Assembly: GCA_036275055.1 (NCBI GenBank)
Contig: DASUEN010000046.1
Span: forward strand, 22,917 to 86,916
DNA from: Thermoanaerobaculia bacterium
Lineage (GTDB): Bacteria; Acidobacteriota; Thermoanaerobaculia; Multivoradales; UBA5704
DNA length: 64,000 nt
Reading direction: 5' to 3'
A program made the translations under genes and the position numbers. Shown piece by piece: positions 10,511-20,713 of this stretch. Numbering within the stretch: position 1 is the stretch's first letter; the number at the start of each line of letters is the position of its first letter. The notes under the pieces were generated by a model, which saw only the letters and a program-made list of their open reading frames with translations, was not told where the DNA came from and did not search any database.

Positions 10511-11741
10511 GGTCCCTTCCCACGCCGGCGATGCCGCGCAGGAAGGCGCTGAGGCCGCCACACAGCCAGGCTCCCGAGACGGGAGCGCTGGCGCGGCCGG
10601 CGGCCACGGCGAAGCCGCAGACAGGGAGGGCGAAGCGGTCCTCCGCCAGGTCGAAGCGGCCGGGGCCGGTGACGTCGATCAGGTAGTACCCCTGGGCGAC
10701 CGATCCCAGGAGCGAGGCCACGGGGGTGCGAAGCTCGGGCTTCAGGTAAAGGTGAGTGGGGCCGGGAGTGGGAAGGTCCCGCCACCCCGGCCTGCGGGTG
10801 CACCCCGAGGGCTGGCCGTGGGCCGCCACCTCCTGCCACCAGGTGAGGAGGGGCTGCCGGAAGATCCCCTCTTCGACCAGCACCACCTCGCGGGTGGGCA
10901 CCCCTTCGCCATCGACCGGCGACTCGAAGGCGCCGCCCGGGAAGCGGCCGTTGTCGATCAGGGTCACCCGCTCGCTGCCGAAGCGCCCCCGGTTCCCGGG
11001 GAGCCGGCTTCCCGGTCCCGGCCCCACCAGGAGGGGGAGCACACCGGCCAGCAGCCGCACCGCCACGGCCGGAGCGAGGAGGATCTCCCCGGTGTCCCGC
11101 TCCGGGGGGGCTCCCGCGGCGGCCACGGCCAGGCGGTCCGCGAGGCGCCGGGCGAGAGCCGTGGGAGAAAAGCGCCGGGGCTCGCGCGCCGCCACGTAGA
11201 GGCTCGCCTGGGCGGCCGGCCGGCCGGGCCCGGCAGCCTCGATGTAGAGCGTAGAGATCCGCTGCCGCGTGCGGGCGCGCACCCCCCGGCTGTTGGCCAG
11301 CTCCGCTTCGCTGGAGCCATCTTCCAGCACGGCCTTCAACACACGGGATTCCGGCAGCTCAGAGGCCAGCTCACGGCCCAGGCTCTCCAGGAGCTTGAGC
11401 CCCTCCCGCTCGCCGATCAGCGGCGTGTCGAAGTCCGACGGCTCGTTCCAGGGCGGCACCGTCTCCGGCTCGGGAAGCTCCAGGGCATGGCCTGGGACGG
11501 GCTCGGGCCAGGGTCCGCCCGGGGTGGGGTCGCCCGTCGCGGCGGCGAAGAAGGAGCCCCGCCGGTTGCCGGCCCGCACCGCCCACGCCCGTTCCTGGCT
11601 GGCCGAGGAGGCCTCGGTGACCGGCGTCCGCTCCAGGCGGCGCGAGCGCCCGCGCTTGACGTAGACCTCGGCGTCCGTGAGATGGCGCTTCAACAGGGCG
11701 CGCAGGATTTCCGCGAGCGGGATCTCACGGGGCGGGCTCAC
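10428..11741 (-). CDS. pmbA: PmbA/TldE-family metalloprotease modulator
   Basis: I trimmed track ORF 10428..11903 to the GTG at 11741, which overlaps the tldD stop (GTGA). The 437-aa product has PmbA-like sequence, and pairing with tldD is the canonical arrangement. Confidence 0.8.
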   Translation of the reverse strand: MSPPREIPLAEILRALLKRHLTDAEVYVKRGRSRRLERTPVTEASSASQERAWAVRAGNRRGSFFAAATGDPTPGGPWPEPVPGHALELPEPETVPPWNEPSDFDTPLIGEREGLKLLESLGRELASELPESRVLKAVLEDGSSEAELANSRGVRARTRQRISTLYIEAAGPGRPAAQASLYVAAREPRRFSPTALARRLADRLAVAAAGAPPERDTGEILLAPAVAVRLLAGVLPLLVGPGPGSRLPGNRGRFGSERVTLIDNGRFPGGAFESPVDGEGVPTREVVLVEEGIFRQPLLTWWQEVAAHGQPSGCTRRPGWRDLPTPGPTHLYLKPELRTPVASLLGSVAQGYYLIDVTGPGRFDLAEDRFALPVCGFAVAAGRASAPVSGAWLCGGLSAFLRGIAGVGRDLTFHPLDGMIGSPTLLALGLELRSAPE

Positions 11742-13048
11742 GGCGCCACCTCCACCCCTTCCAGGCGGAGGGCCGGGGCCGTGGCCCACACCGGCAGCTT
11801 CTGCCCCCCCTTGGCGCACCAGCCGGCACCGGCCGGCCGGACCTCGCTCCCCACCGCCGTCACCCGGGTCAGCAGGTCCGAGACCCGCCCCCGCAGGGCG
11901 CACGGGCCCACGGCTTCGTGCAGCCCGCCGCGCCGGAACCGCCGGCCATAGGGAAGCTGGAGGACGAACTCCCCCGACAGGGGATCGAGACTGCCGCGGC
12001 TGGCCTCCGCGAAGTAGAGCCCCTCCTCCGCACCGGCCAGCAGGTCGTCCGCCACCGTCTCGCCGGGGAGCACCTCCAGATGACTGGAACGGGGTCCCGG
12101 CGGCAGGTGACGCGTCCCCCGCCGGCCCGCCCCCGGCAACAGCACGGGAGAGGTCCGCGCCCAGAGGGCATCGGCCAGGGGCTGCTCGACCACGCCGCCG
12201 CGCAGCAGCCAGCGGCGGACGACGGGCGCCCCCTCGTCGTCCGTCCGCCGCCGCACTCCCTCGGGGGCGGCCGCGGGATCGTCGAGCACGTCCAGGCAGG
12301 ACGCGGCCATCGCCACCCCTACGGCGGCCTCCGGATTCCCCCCCTGCGCCAGGGTGTCCGCCTCCAGGGCATGGGCCACGGCCTCGTGCAGCAGCACGGC
12401 CACCGCCGCCGGTCCCAGCACGGCCGTGCCGCGCACGGCGGCCGGCGGATGGGCCTGCCGATTACGGAACAGGGCGACTACGGCCGCCGCGATCTCCTCC
12501 GCGGCGCCGCCGTCCAGCCGCGGCAGGAGAGCGCCATAGCGCCCCCAGGACGACTCGGCCGTGAGGCTGTAAAAAATCTCCCTCTCCGGCTCGCCCACCA
12601 GGCGCGGCCCCACCACCTGCACCCAGCGGCGATGGCGCCGCACGGCCACTCGCAGGGGGAACCCCACGTGGTGGGCGCGCACGGCCCGGGAGAGCAGGCC
12701 CGGGAATTCCAACAGCTCATAGGCGGCCACCTCCTCGGGCGGGCCGACCTCCAGCACCGGCTCGGGATAGGTGGCGGCGGAGAAGGCGCGGGCCACCTGG
12801 CGCAGCGACTCGGCGAACGCCTTCGGCTCGACGCCGTCCCGCGAAGCGAGCCAGGTGTGCCCGTCGCGCACCAGGCGCACGGCGAACCCCTCCTCCCGCC
12901 ACACCCGCAGGCCCCCCGGATCGCCTTCGGGGGCCACCTCCACGTCCTCGCGCCGCTCGAAGAAGGCGTCCACCACGTCCTCCGGCTGCTCAGCGATCTG
13001 CGAAAGGGTACGGGCGACGGCGGCGGAATCGAGACGGGCGAACGGCAT
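11738..13048 (-). CDS. tldD: TldD-family zinc metalloprotease
   Basis: TldD-like throughout, with the HExxxH motif present ([11 protein letters not shown]). I placed the start at the ATG at 13048 (MPFARLDS). The track start at 13090 would overlap the divergent carboxyltransferase start. Confidence 0.85.
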   Translation of the reverse strand: MPFARLDSAAVARTLSQIAEQPEDVVDAFFERREDVEVAPEGDPGGLRVWREEGFAVRLVRDGHTWLASRDGVEPKAFAESLRQVARAFSAATYPEPVLEVGPPEEVAAYELLEFPGLLSRAVRAHHVGFPLRVAVRRHRRWVQVVGPRLVGEPEREIFYSLTAESSWGRYGALLPRLDGGAAEEIAAAVVALFRNRQAHPPAAVRGTAVLGPAAVAVLLHEAVAHALEADTLAQGGNPEAAVGVAMAASCLDVLDDPAAAPEGVRRRTDDEGAPVVRRWLLRGGVVEQPLADALWARTSPVLLPGAGRRGTRHLPPGPRSSHLEVLPGETVADDLLAGAEEGLYFAEASRGSLDPLSGEFVLQLPYGRRFRRGGLHEAVGPCALRGRVSDLLTRVTAVGSEVRPAGAGWCAKGGQKLPVWATAPALRLEGVEVAP

Positions 13049-13088
13049 GGGACGCGGATTGTATCCCGGTGGGGTAAGATCCCCCGCC

Positions 13089-14648
<1,560 letters not shown>

Positions 14649-14771
14649 GGAGGCCCGGCTGCCCGCTGCACCGTTTCCTTGACACCCGGGCTCCCCGTAC
14701 GGCAAGCTGGCACCGCCCGGAAAGCACTGAAACGATGGATTGGGAGAGCCTGGGCCGTCCAAGGAGAGGAC

Positions 14772-15077
14772 ATGAGAGAGAAAGATCGGCAACTGAAGCG
14801 CCGGCGGCACCGCCGGTCGAAGCGGCTGAAAAAGCAGCGGAGCCAGGAGGATCAGCACCGCACGGAGCGCCCTACCGGCTCCAAGCGCGTGCCCAAGAAG
14901 GTGCCGCCGCCGGCCGCCGCAGCCGAGGGCTCGGCGAACGGCGCGACCACCGCTGCCGTTCCACCCCCCTCCGGCGAGCCTCCCAAGAAGCCCGCCGCCA
15001 AGAAGGCCCCGGCCAAGAAGGCTGCTCCCCGCAAGCCAGAGCCGGAGCCCGAACCGGAGGAGCCCAAAGAGGGCTGA
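14772..15077 (+). CDS. Small, very basic Lys/Pro/Ala-rich protein (hypothetical)
   Basis: The ATG at 14772 is preceded by AAGGAGAGG. The 101-aa product is MREKDRQLKRRRHRRSKRLKK...PPKKPAAKKAPAKKAAPRKPEPEPEPEE. Third codon positions are mostly G/C, as in real genes here. Confidence 0.45.
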   Translation: MREKDRQLKRRRHRRSKRLKKQRSQEDQHRTERPTGSKRVPKKVPPPAAAAEGSANGATTAAVPPPSGEPPKKPAAKKAPAKKAAPRKPEPEPEPEEPKEG

Positions 15078-15121
15078 CGCCAGCCACGCGCTACTCCGGG
15101 GGACCAGTCCCTTTCGTCGTT

Positions 15122-15197
15122 CATCTTCGTTCGCGCATCTTCGTTCGCGATGGGTCGCTCACGACTGCCGGAAGCTCCGCTCGGGACGGCTTCCGGC
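15122..15197 (+). promoter_or_regulatory. glyA leader: tandem 14-bp direct repeat plus overlapping hairpins
   Basis: CATCTTCGTTCGCG occurs back to back at 15122-15135 and 15136-15149. A 9-bp stem GCCGGAAGC/GCTTCCGGC lies at 15167-15175/15189-15197. It overlaps an alternative stem GGGACGG/CCGTCCC. Confidence 0.35.
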
Positions 15198-15220
15198 GCC
15201 GTCCCCTCTAGGAGTCTCGA

Positions 15221-16474
15221 ATGCCCGATTACCGTATGTTGAAAGCCGCTGATCCCGAGGTCTACCAGGCCATTGCCGGCGAGCGGGCCCGCCAGAGCTT
15301 CGGCCTCGAGCTGATCGCTTCCGAGAACTTCGTCAGCCGCGCGGTGATGGAAGCGGCCGGCAGCGTGATGACCAACAAATACGCCGAGGGGTACCCGGGC
15401 CGGCGCTACTATGGCGGCTGCGAGTTCGTGGACGTGGTGGAGCGGCTCGCCATCGCGCGCGCCCGGGAGCTCTTCGGGGCCGAGCACGTCAACGTCCAGC
15501 CCCACAGCGGCACCTCGGCCAACATGGCGGTCTACTTCGGCTTCCTCAAGCCGGGCGACAAGCTCATGGGCATGGCCCTCTCCGCCGGCGGCCACCTCAC
15601 CCATGGCCATCACCTCTCGTACTCCGGGCGCGACTTCCGCGTCGTGGCCTACGGCGTAGACAAGGAGACCGAGACCATCGACTACGACGAGGCCGAGCGC
15701 CTGGCCGTGGCTGAGCGGCCGAAGCTCATCATCTGCGGCGCTTCGGCCTACAGCCGGGTGATCGATTTCGCCCGCTTCCGCGCCATCGCCGACAAGGCCG
15801 GTTCCCTGCTGATGGCCGACATCGCCCACATCGCCGGCCTGGTCGCCGCGGGCGTCCATCCCTCGCCCGTCCCGTTCTGCGACTTCGTTACCACCACCAC
15901 CCACAAGACCTTGCGCGGCCCGCGAGCCGGCATGGTGATGTGCCGCGAGCAGTACGCCAAGGACCTCGACCGCGCCGTCTTCCCCGGCATCCAGGGCGGG
16001 CCGCTGATGCATATCGTCGCCGCCAAGGCCGTGGCCTTGAAGGAAGCGCTGGCGCCGGAGTTCCGCACCTACCAGCAGCAGATCGTGGCCAACGCCAGGG
16101 CGCTCGCTGCCCGCCTCATGGAGAGAGGCTTCCGCATCGTCTCCGGCGGCACCGACAACCACGTCTTCCTGATCGACGTGGCGAAAGCGGGGACCACCGG
16201 CAAAGTGGCGGAAAAATCGCTCGAAGCCGCGGGGATCACGGTGAACAAGAACACCATTCCCTACGATCCCAACCCGCCCCTGACCGCCTCGGGAGTCCGC
16301 ATCGGCACCGCCGCGCTCACCACCCGCGACATGCGCGAGACCGAGATGGGACAGGTGGGAGACCTGATCTCCGAAGTCCTCCACGCTCCCGAGGACGTGA
16401 AGGTCCAGGACGGCGTACGGGAAAAAGTGCGGGCGCTCTGCGAGAGGTTCCCGCTCTACGATCCGTTGATGTAG
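15221..16474 (+). CDS. glyA: Serine hydroxymethyltransferase
   Basis: A 417-aa ORF with unmistakable SHMT sequence ([42 protein letters not shown]...[12 protein letters not shown]). Confidence 0.95.
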   Translation: MPDYRMLKAADPEVYQAIAGERARQSFGLELIASENFVSRAVMEAAGSVMTNKYAEGYPGRRYYGGCEFVDVVERLAIARARELFGAEHVNVQPHSGTSANMAVYFGFLKPGDKLMGMALSAGGHLTHGHHLSYSGRDFRVVAYGVDKETETIDYDEAERLAVAERPKLIICGASAYSRVIDFARFRAIADKAGSLLMADIAHIAGLVAAGVHPSPVPFCDFVTTTTHKTLRGPRAGMVMCREQYAKDLDRAVFPGIQGGPLMHIVAAKAVALKEALAPEFRTYQQQIVANARALAARLMERGFRIVSGGTDNHVFLIDVAKAGTTGKVAEKSLEAAGITVNKNTIPYDPNPPLTASGVRIGTAALTTRDMRETEMGQVGDLISEVLHAPEDVKVQDGVREKVRALCERFPLYDPLM

Positions 16475-16486
16475 GGCTCGGCTCCC

Positions 16487-18151
16487 CTAGGTCTGCAAAA
16501 CCCCCGTCTTGAACTCCGGGATCGCCGGGTTCATCGCCGCGCAGGCCAGGGACCGGCCGAGCACCTGGCGGGTCTCGGTGGGATCGATGATCGCGTCCAC
16601 CCAGAGGCGGGCGGCGGCGTAGCGGGGCTCGGAGGCGGCGGCATAGCGGGCCTTGATCTCCTCCAGGAGCTGCTTCTTCTCTTCTTCGGTCACGTCCGCG
16701 CCCCGGTTTTTGAGCTGGATCGAGGCGAGCGTCTTGCTCGCCTGGTCGCCGCCCATGACGGAGATGGAGGCGGAAGGCCAGGCGTAGACGAAACGGGGAC
16801 CATAGGCCTTGCCGCACATGGCATAGTTACCGGCGCCAAAGGAGTTGCCGGTGAAGAGGGTGATCTTGGGCACTGTCGAGTTGGCCACGGCGTTCACCAT
16901 CTTGGCGCCGTCCTTGATGATCCCTCCCCGCTCGGCGCGGCTCCCCACCATGAAACCCGTGACGTCCTGAAGGAACAGGAGCGGGACCTTCTTCTGATTG
17001 CACAGCTCGACGAAACGCGCTCCCTTGTCCGCCGAGTCGGAGTAGATGACGCCGCCGATCTGCAGCTCGCGGTCGGAGGCGCCGGTGCCCGTCCTCCGCG
17101 GCACGATCGAGCGCTGGTTGGCCACGATCCCCACGGCGCGCCCTTCGATCCAGCCGGTGCCGCAGATCAGGGTCTGGCCGTAACTGGCCTTGTACTCGTC
17201 GAGCTCGCTGCCGTCGAGCAGGCGCGCCAGCACCTCGTGCGTGTCGTAGGGGCGCGAGCGGTCGACCGGCATGATCCCGTAGAGGTCCTCGACGGGATAG
17301 AGGGGCTCGGCCGGCTCGCGACGGGCGAAAGGCGCCTCGGCTCCGCGCGCGAGCTGGGAGAACTGGCTGCGGATCTTCTCCAGACAAGCCGCGTCGCTGG
17401 GATGCCGGTGGTCCACCACGCCCGAGACGTCACACTGGACGAGGGCGCCCCCGAGCTCCTCGTTGTCGATCTTCTCGCCGATCGCCGCCTGTACGAGGTG
17501 GGAGCCGGCGAGGAAGATGGAGCCGGTTCCCTCCACGATGTGGGATTCGTCACTCATGATCGGCAGGTAGGCGCCGCCCGCCACGCAGGAACCCATGATG
17601 GCCGCCATCTGGAAGACCCCTTCGGCCGAGAGGCGGGCGTTGTTGTAGAAGGCCCGGCCGAAGTGCTCCTTGTCGGGGAAGATCTCGTCCTGCATCGGCA
17701 GGAAGACGCCCGCCGAATCCACCAGGTAGACGATGGGCAGCCGGTTTTCGAGGGCGATCTCCTGCGCCCGCAGCACCTTCTTGCAGGTCAGGGGGAACCA
17801 GGCTCCCGCCTTCACCGTGGCGTCGTTGGCCACCACCACCACGTCGCGGCCATGGATGGCGCCGATCCCCATCACAGCTCCGGCCGCGGGGGCGCCGCCA
17901 TACTCTTGGTAGAACCCGTCAGCCACCCAGAGCCCCAGCTCGAGGAACGGCGCACCCGGGTCGCACAGGGCCTCGACCCGCTCGCGGGCCGTCATCTTCC
18001 CCTGGGCGCGCTGCTTGTCCTGCGCCTTCAGGCCGCCCCCCTGGCGGATGCGCTCCTCCTGCTCGCGCAGCCGCTCCACCTCCTGCCGCCAGTGATCGGC
18101 CTGGCGCTCGAACGCCTCGTTCCGCTTGACCTTGCTCTCCAGGATCGCCAC
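16487..18151 (-). CDS. Acyl-CoA carboxylase carboxyltransferase subunit, methylcrotonyl-CoA carboxylase beta-like
   Basis: A 554-aa ORF (GTG start) with MCC-beta-like sequence (GKMTARERVEALCDPGAPFLELG...VVANDATVKAGAWFPLTCKK). Confidence 0.9.
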   Translation of the reverse strand: MAILESKVKRNEAFERQADHWRQEVERLREQEERIRQGGGLKAQDKQRAQGKMTARERVEALCDPGAPFLELGLWVADGFYQEYGGAPAAGAVMGIGAIHGRDVVVVANDATVKAGAWFPLTCKKVLRAQEIALENRLPIVYLVDSAGVFLPMQDEIFPDKEHFGRAFYNNARLSAEGVFQMAAIMGSCVAGGAYLPIMSDESHIVEGTGSIFLAGSHLVQAAIGEKIDNEELGGALVQCDVSGVVDHRHPSDAACLEKIRSQFSQLARGAEAPFARREPAEPLYPVEDLYGIMPVDRSRPYDTHEVLARLLDGSELDEYKASYGQTLICGTGWIEGRAVGIVANQRSIVPRRTGTGASDRELQIGGVIYSDSADKGARFVELCNQKKVPLLFLQDVTGFMVGSRAERGGIIKDGAKMVNAVANSTVPKITLFTGNSFGAGNYAMCGKAYGPRFVYAWPSASISVMGGDQASKTLASIQLKNRGADVTEEEKKQLLEEIKARYAAASEPRYAAARLWVDAIIDPTETRQVLGRSLACAAMNPAIPEFKTGVLQT

Positions 18152-18195
18152 GAGCCCTCCTTAAGCGGGGGGATTATATGGGGTACGATCGCCGC

Positions 18196-18897
18196 ATGAA
18201 GATCCGCCTCCTCGCCTTCGCCAGCGCCGGCGATGCTTTGGGAGCTTCCGAGATGGAGATCGAGATGCCCGCAGGGAGCCGGGTGGCCGACCTCCGGGCG
18301 CGGCTCGACCAGGAGCACCCGGGGATCGTCCCCCTCTGGCCGCGGCTGGCCGTGGCGGTCGATGGCCGCGTGGTCTCCACCGAGGAGCCGCTTCAGGAGG
18401 GCGCCGAGGTGGCGCTGCTGCCGCCGGTCTCTGGCGGGAGCGGCGAGCCTCCGCGGGCGGATCTGGTCGACGGCCCTCTTGATACCGACCAGGCCGTGGC
18501 CGCCGTCTCGGGCCCAAGCCGGGGAGCCGTGGTGGTCTTTCTGGGCACGGTGCGCGACCACCACGCCGGCCGACCGGTCGCGAAGCTCACTTACTCCGCC
18601 TATCGCTCGATGGCCCTGGAGGGGCTGCGCCGCATCGTGGCCGACCTCGAAGCCGCGGCCCCCGGGCTGCGAGCGGCGATCGTCCATCGCCTGGGGGAGG
18701 TGCCGGTAGGCGAAGCGAGCGTGGTGATCGCCGTCGGCTCCCCCCACCGCGCTGCCGCCTACGAGGCGAGCCGCACGGCTTTGGAACGCCTGAAGGCCGA
18801 GGTCCCCATCTGGAAGCGGGAGCACTATGCGGACGGCGAAGCGGCCTGGCGGGAGGAGGAGCCGCTCTCTAGATCCCTCCCACCGCCGACGCCATGA
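18196..18897 (+). CDS. Fused molybdopterin synthase: MoaD (sulfur carrier) joined to MoaE (catalytic subunit)
   Basis: The MoaD-like N-terminus starts MKIRLLAFASAGDALG and ends in the diagnostic ...LLPPVSGG. It runs in frame into a MoaE-like domain (GAVVVFLGTVRDHHAGRPV...VIAVGSPHRAAAYEASRTALERLKAEVPIWKRE). Confidence 0.85.
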   Translation: MKIRLLAFASAGDALGASEMEIEMPAGSRVADLRARLDQEHPGIVPLWPRLAVAVDGRVVSTEEPLQEGAEVALLPPVSGGSGEPPRADLVDGPLDTDQAVAAVSGPSRGAVVVFLGTVRDHHAGRPVAKLTYSAYRSMALEGLRRIVADLEAAAPGLRAAIVHRLGEVPVGEASVVIAVGSPHRAAAYEASRTALERLKAEVPIWKREHYADGEAAWREEEPLSRSLPPPTP

Positions 18898-20434
18898 AGG
18901 CGGCGATGTCCTTCTTGAGCTGCTCACGGTCGGCGCGGCGTATGTACATCATGTGGCCGGCCTGGTAGTAGTGGAGGCTCACCCGCTGCTTGTAACCGGG
19001 CTCGAAGCCGAGGTGATCGAAGGTGTATTCGGTGGCGAAGAACGGCGTCGCGAGATCGTAGTAGCCGTTCCCCACGAAGACCTTGAGGGCCGGATTCTGA
19101 GCCATGGCCTTGCGCAAGTCCTCCGCCACGTTGAGGTAAGAATTCGAGAACTCGTTGTAGCTCCAAGGACGGACGCGGTCGGTCAAGATCTCGTACGGGA
19201 TGTCGCTCTTGTAGCCCAGCTCCTGGCTCACGTACTCGTTGAACGTTCCCGTGTACGTCCCCTGGATGGCGGCATAGCTGGGATCGGATTCGGTCGTGGC
19301 GGCCGTAACGTCGCGGTCGATCCCTTTGAAACGGCCGTCGAGCCGCCCCACCGTCAGCCGCTGATCGCGCAGCAGCTCTTTGCAGAAGTGCTGAATCTCC
19401 GGCCGCAGATTGGCCCGCAGGACGAAGTCCTGACTGAGCCCGGTGTAGCGGGAGACCTTGCCGGCCACGTCCTTCCACTCCTCCGCGGCCAACCCGTTCC
19501 CCTTCGCCAGCGCCAGCGTGTAGTCACCCAAGGCGAAGCGGCGCGCCTCGGCCGTCGCCTTCTCGACGCCGGCCGCCTGCAGGTCCGCGGACAGCCGCTT
19601 GTGGTACCAGGCAATGGCCGTGTAGGTGGGGAGGAAGAGGGGATACGGGAGATCGTTGCCGACGTCGAAACGGGCCGTCTCGAAGTTGAGGATCGAGGAG
19701 AGAAGGACGATGCCGTTCAAGTACATCCCGTGCCGGCTCTGGAGGACGTTCGACAACCGGGCCGAGCGGGTGGTGCCGTAGCTCTCGCCGGCCAGGAACT
19801 TGGGGCTCGACCAGCGGCCGAAGCGGCCGGTCCACAGCCGGATGAAGTCCGCCACCGTTTCGGCGTCCTCCTTGACGCCGTAGAACTTCTTGGCGTCCGT
19901 CCCTGGAATGGCCCGGCTGTAGCCTGTGGTCACCGGATCGATGAATACGAGGTCCGTGATGTCGAGGAGCGACTCGGCATTGTCCCCGAGCTCGTAAGGC
20001 GGCGGCAGCGGCACCCCCTCGTCGTCCGTCTTCACCCGTTTGGGTCCGAAGGCGCCCACGTGCAGCCAGACGGAGGACGAGCCTGGGCCGCCATTGTAGG
20101 TGTAGGTGATCGGCCGCTTCGACTTGTCGGTGACGCCGTCCCGGGCGTAGTAGGTGAAGAAGATGGAGGCCCGAGCCTTGCCGTCCTCGTCGCGTAGGAC
20201 CAGGGTGCCGGCGGTCGCCGTGTAGCGGATCTCCTTGCCGCCAATGACCGCCTTGTGCTGGGTGGTCACCAGCTTGTCCGCGGCCTTGAGGAGGGCCTCC
20301 TTCTTGGCGGCATCGGCGGCCGGGTCCTTCTTCGGAGCCTCGGCGGCCTCCTCAGACTCTTGGGCGGCGGCCGGGGTGAACGGCGCGAGGGCGAGGGACA
20401 GGACGAGGAAGATCCACAGGACTGGCTGGCGCAT
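18869..20434 (-). CDS. Secreted S10-family serine carboxypeptidase-like protein
   Basis: A 521-aa ORF with a signal peptide, NGGPGSSS and the nucleophile motif GESYG. Confidence 0.8.
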   Translation of the reverse strand: MRQPVLWIFLVLSLALAPFTPAAAQESEEAAEAPKKDPAADAAKKEALLKAADKLVTTQHKAVIGGKEIRYTATAGTLVLRDEDGKARASIFFTYYARDGVTDKSKRPITYTYNGGPGSSSVWLHVGAFGPKRVKTDDEGVPLPPPYELGDNAESLLDITDLVFIDPVTTGYSRAIPGTDAKKFYGVKEDAETVADFIRLWTGRFGRWSSPKFLAGESYGTTRSARLSNVLQSRHGMYLNGIVLLSSILNFETARFDVGNDLPYPLFLPTYTAIAWYHKRLSADLQAAGVEKATAEARRFALGDYTLALAKGNGLAAEEWKDVAGKVSRYTGLSQDFVLRANLRPEIQHFCKELLRDQRLTVGRLDGRFKGIDRDVTAATTESDPSYAAIQGTYTGTFNEYVSQELGYKSDIPYEILTDRVRPWSYNEFSNSYLNVAEDLRKAMAQNPALKVFVGNGYYDLATPFFATEYTFDHLGFEPGYKQRVSLHYYQAGHMMYIRRADREQLKKDIAAFMASAVGGI

Positions 20435-20480
20435 GGCTGGGGATTATTTCCCGAAACCGCCCGAAAACGAAGGGGGAAGG

Positions 20481-20682
20481 CCCCCTCTCCCAGACCCTCA
20501 TCACCCCGGCCCCCTTCTCCCGCCCCCTCACCACCCCCAAGAGGGGACATGAAGGACGGTAAGGACAACAAGGACGAGGGAGTAAGGCGAGACCGCCTCA
20601 ACCGGGACCCCTTCTCCCGGTGAGGGGGGTGGCGAGGGGGCGGGAGAAGGGGCAGGGGATGAGGGTCTTGGGAGGGGGCGCT
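20481..20682. repeat. G-rich palindromic repeat element, copy 1 (two inverted ~58-bp arms around an ~85-bp core)
   Basis: Arm A (20481-20538) is close to the reverse complement of arm B (20624-20682, GGGGGGTGGCGAGGGGGCGGGAGAAGGGGCAGGGGATGAGGGTCTTGGGAGGGGGCGC). The same arm recurs at 28968-29015, 29138-29183 and 62778-62842. Confidence 0.85.
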
Positions 20683-20713
20683 TTGAAGCAACGTTAACAG
20701 TAAACTAACCCCC

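Noticed and set aside
15078-15220. ZTP (pfl) or other known riboswitch upstream of glyA, and likewise upstream of purE (60897-61121)
   Set aside because: Fragments such as GACTGCCGG and GGACTGGCC resemble part of the pfl motif. However, the conserved CCGCCTGGGC pseudoknot partner and the correct element order are absent in both leaders.
20549-20623. A 24-codon ORF (MKDGKDNKDEGVRRDRLNRDPFSR) inside the core of repeat copy 1
   Set aside because: It has no RBS and lies within a palindromic repeat. The equivalent core in copy 2 is unrelated, so it is most likely non-coding.
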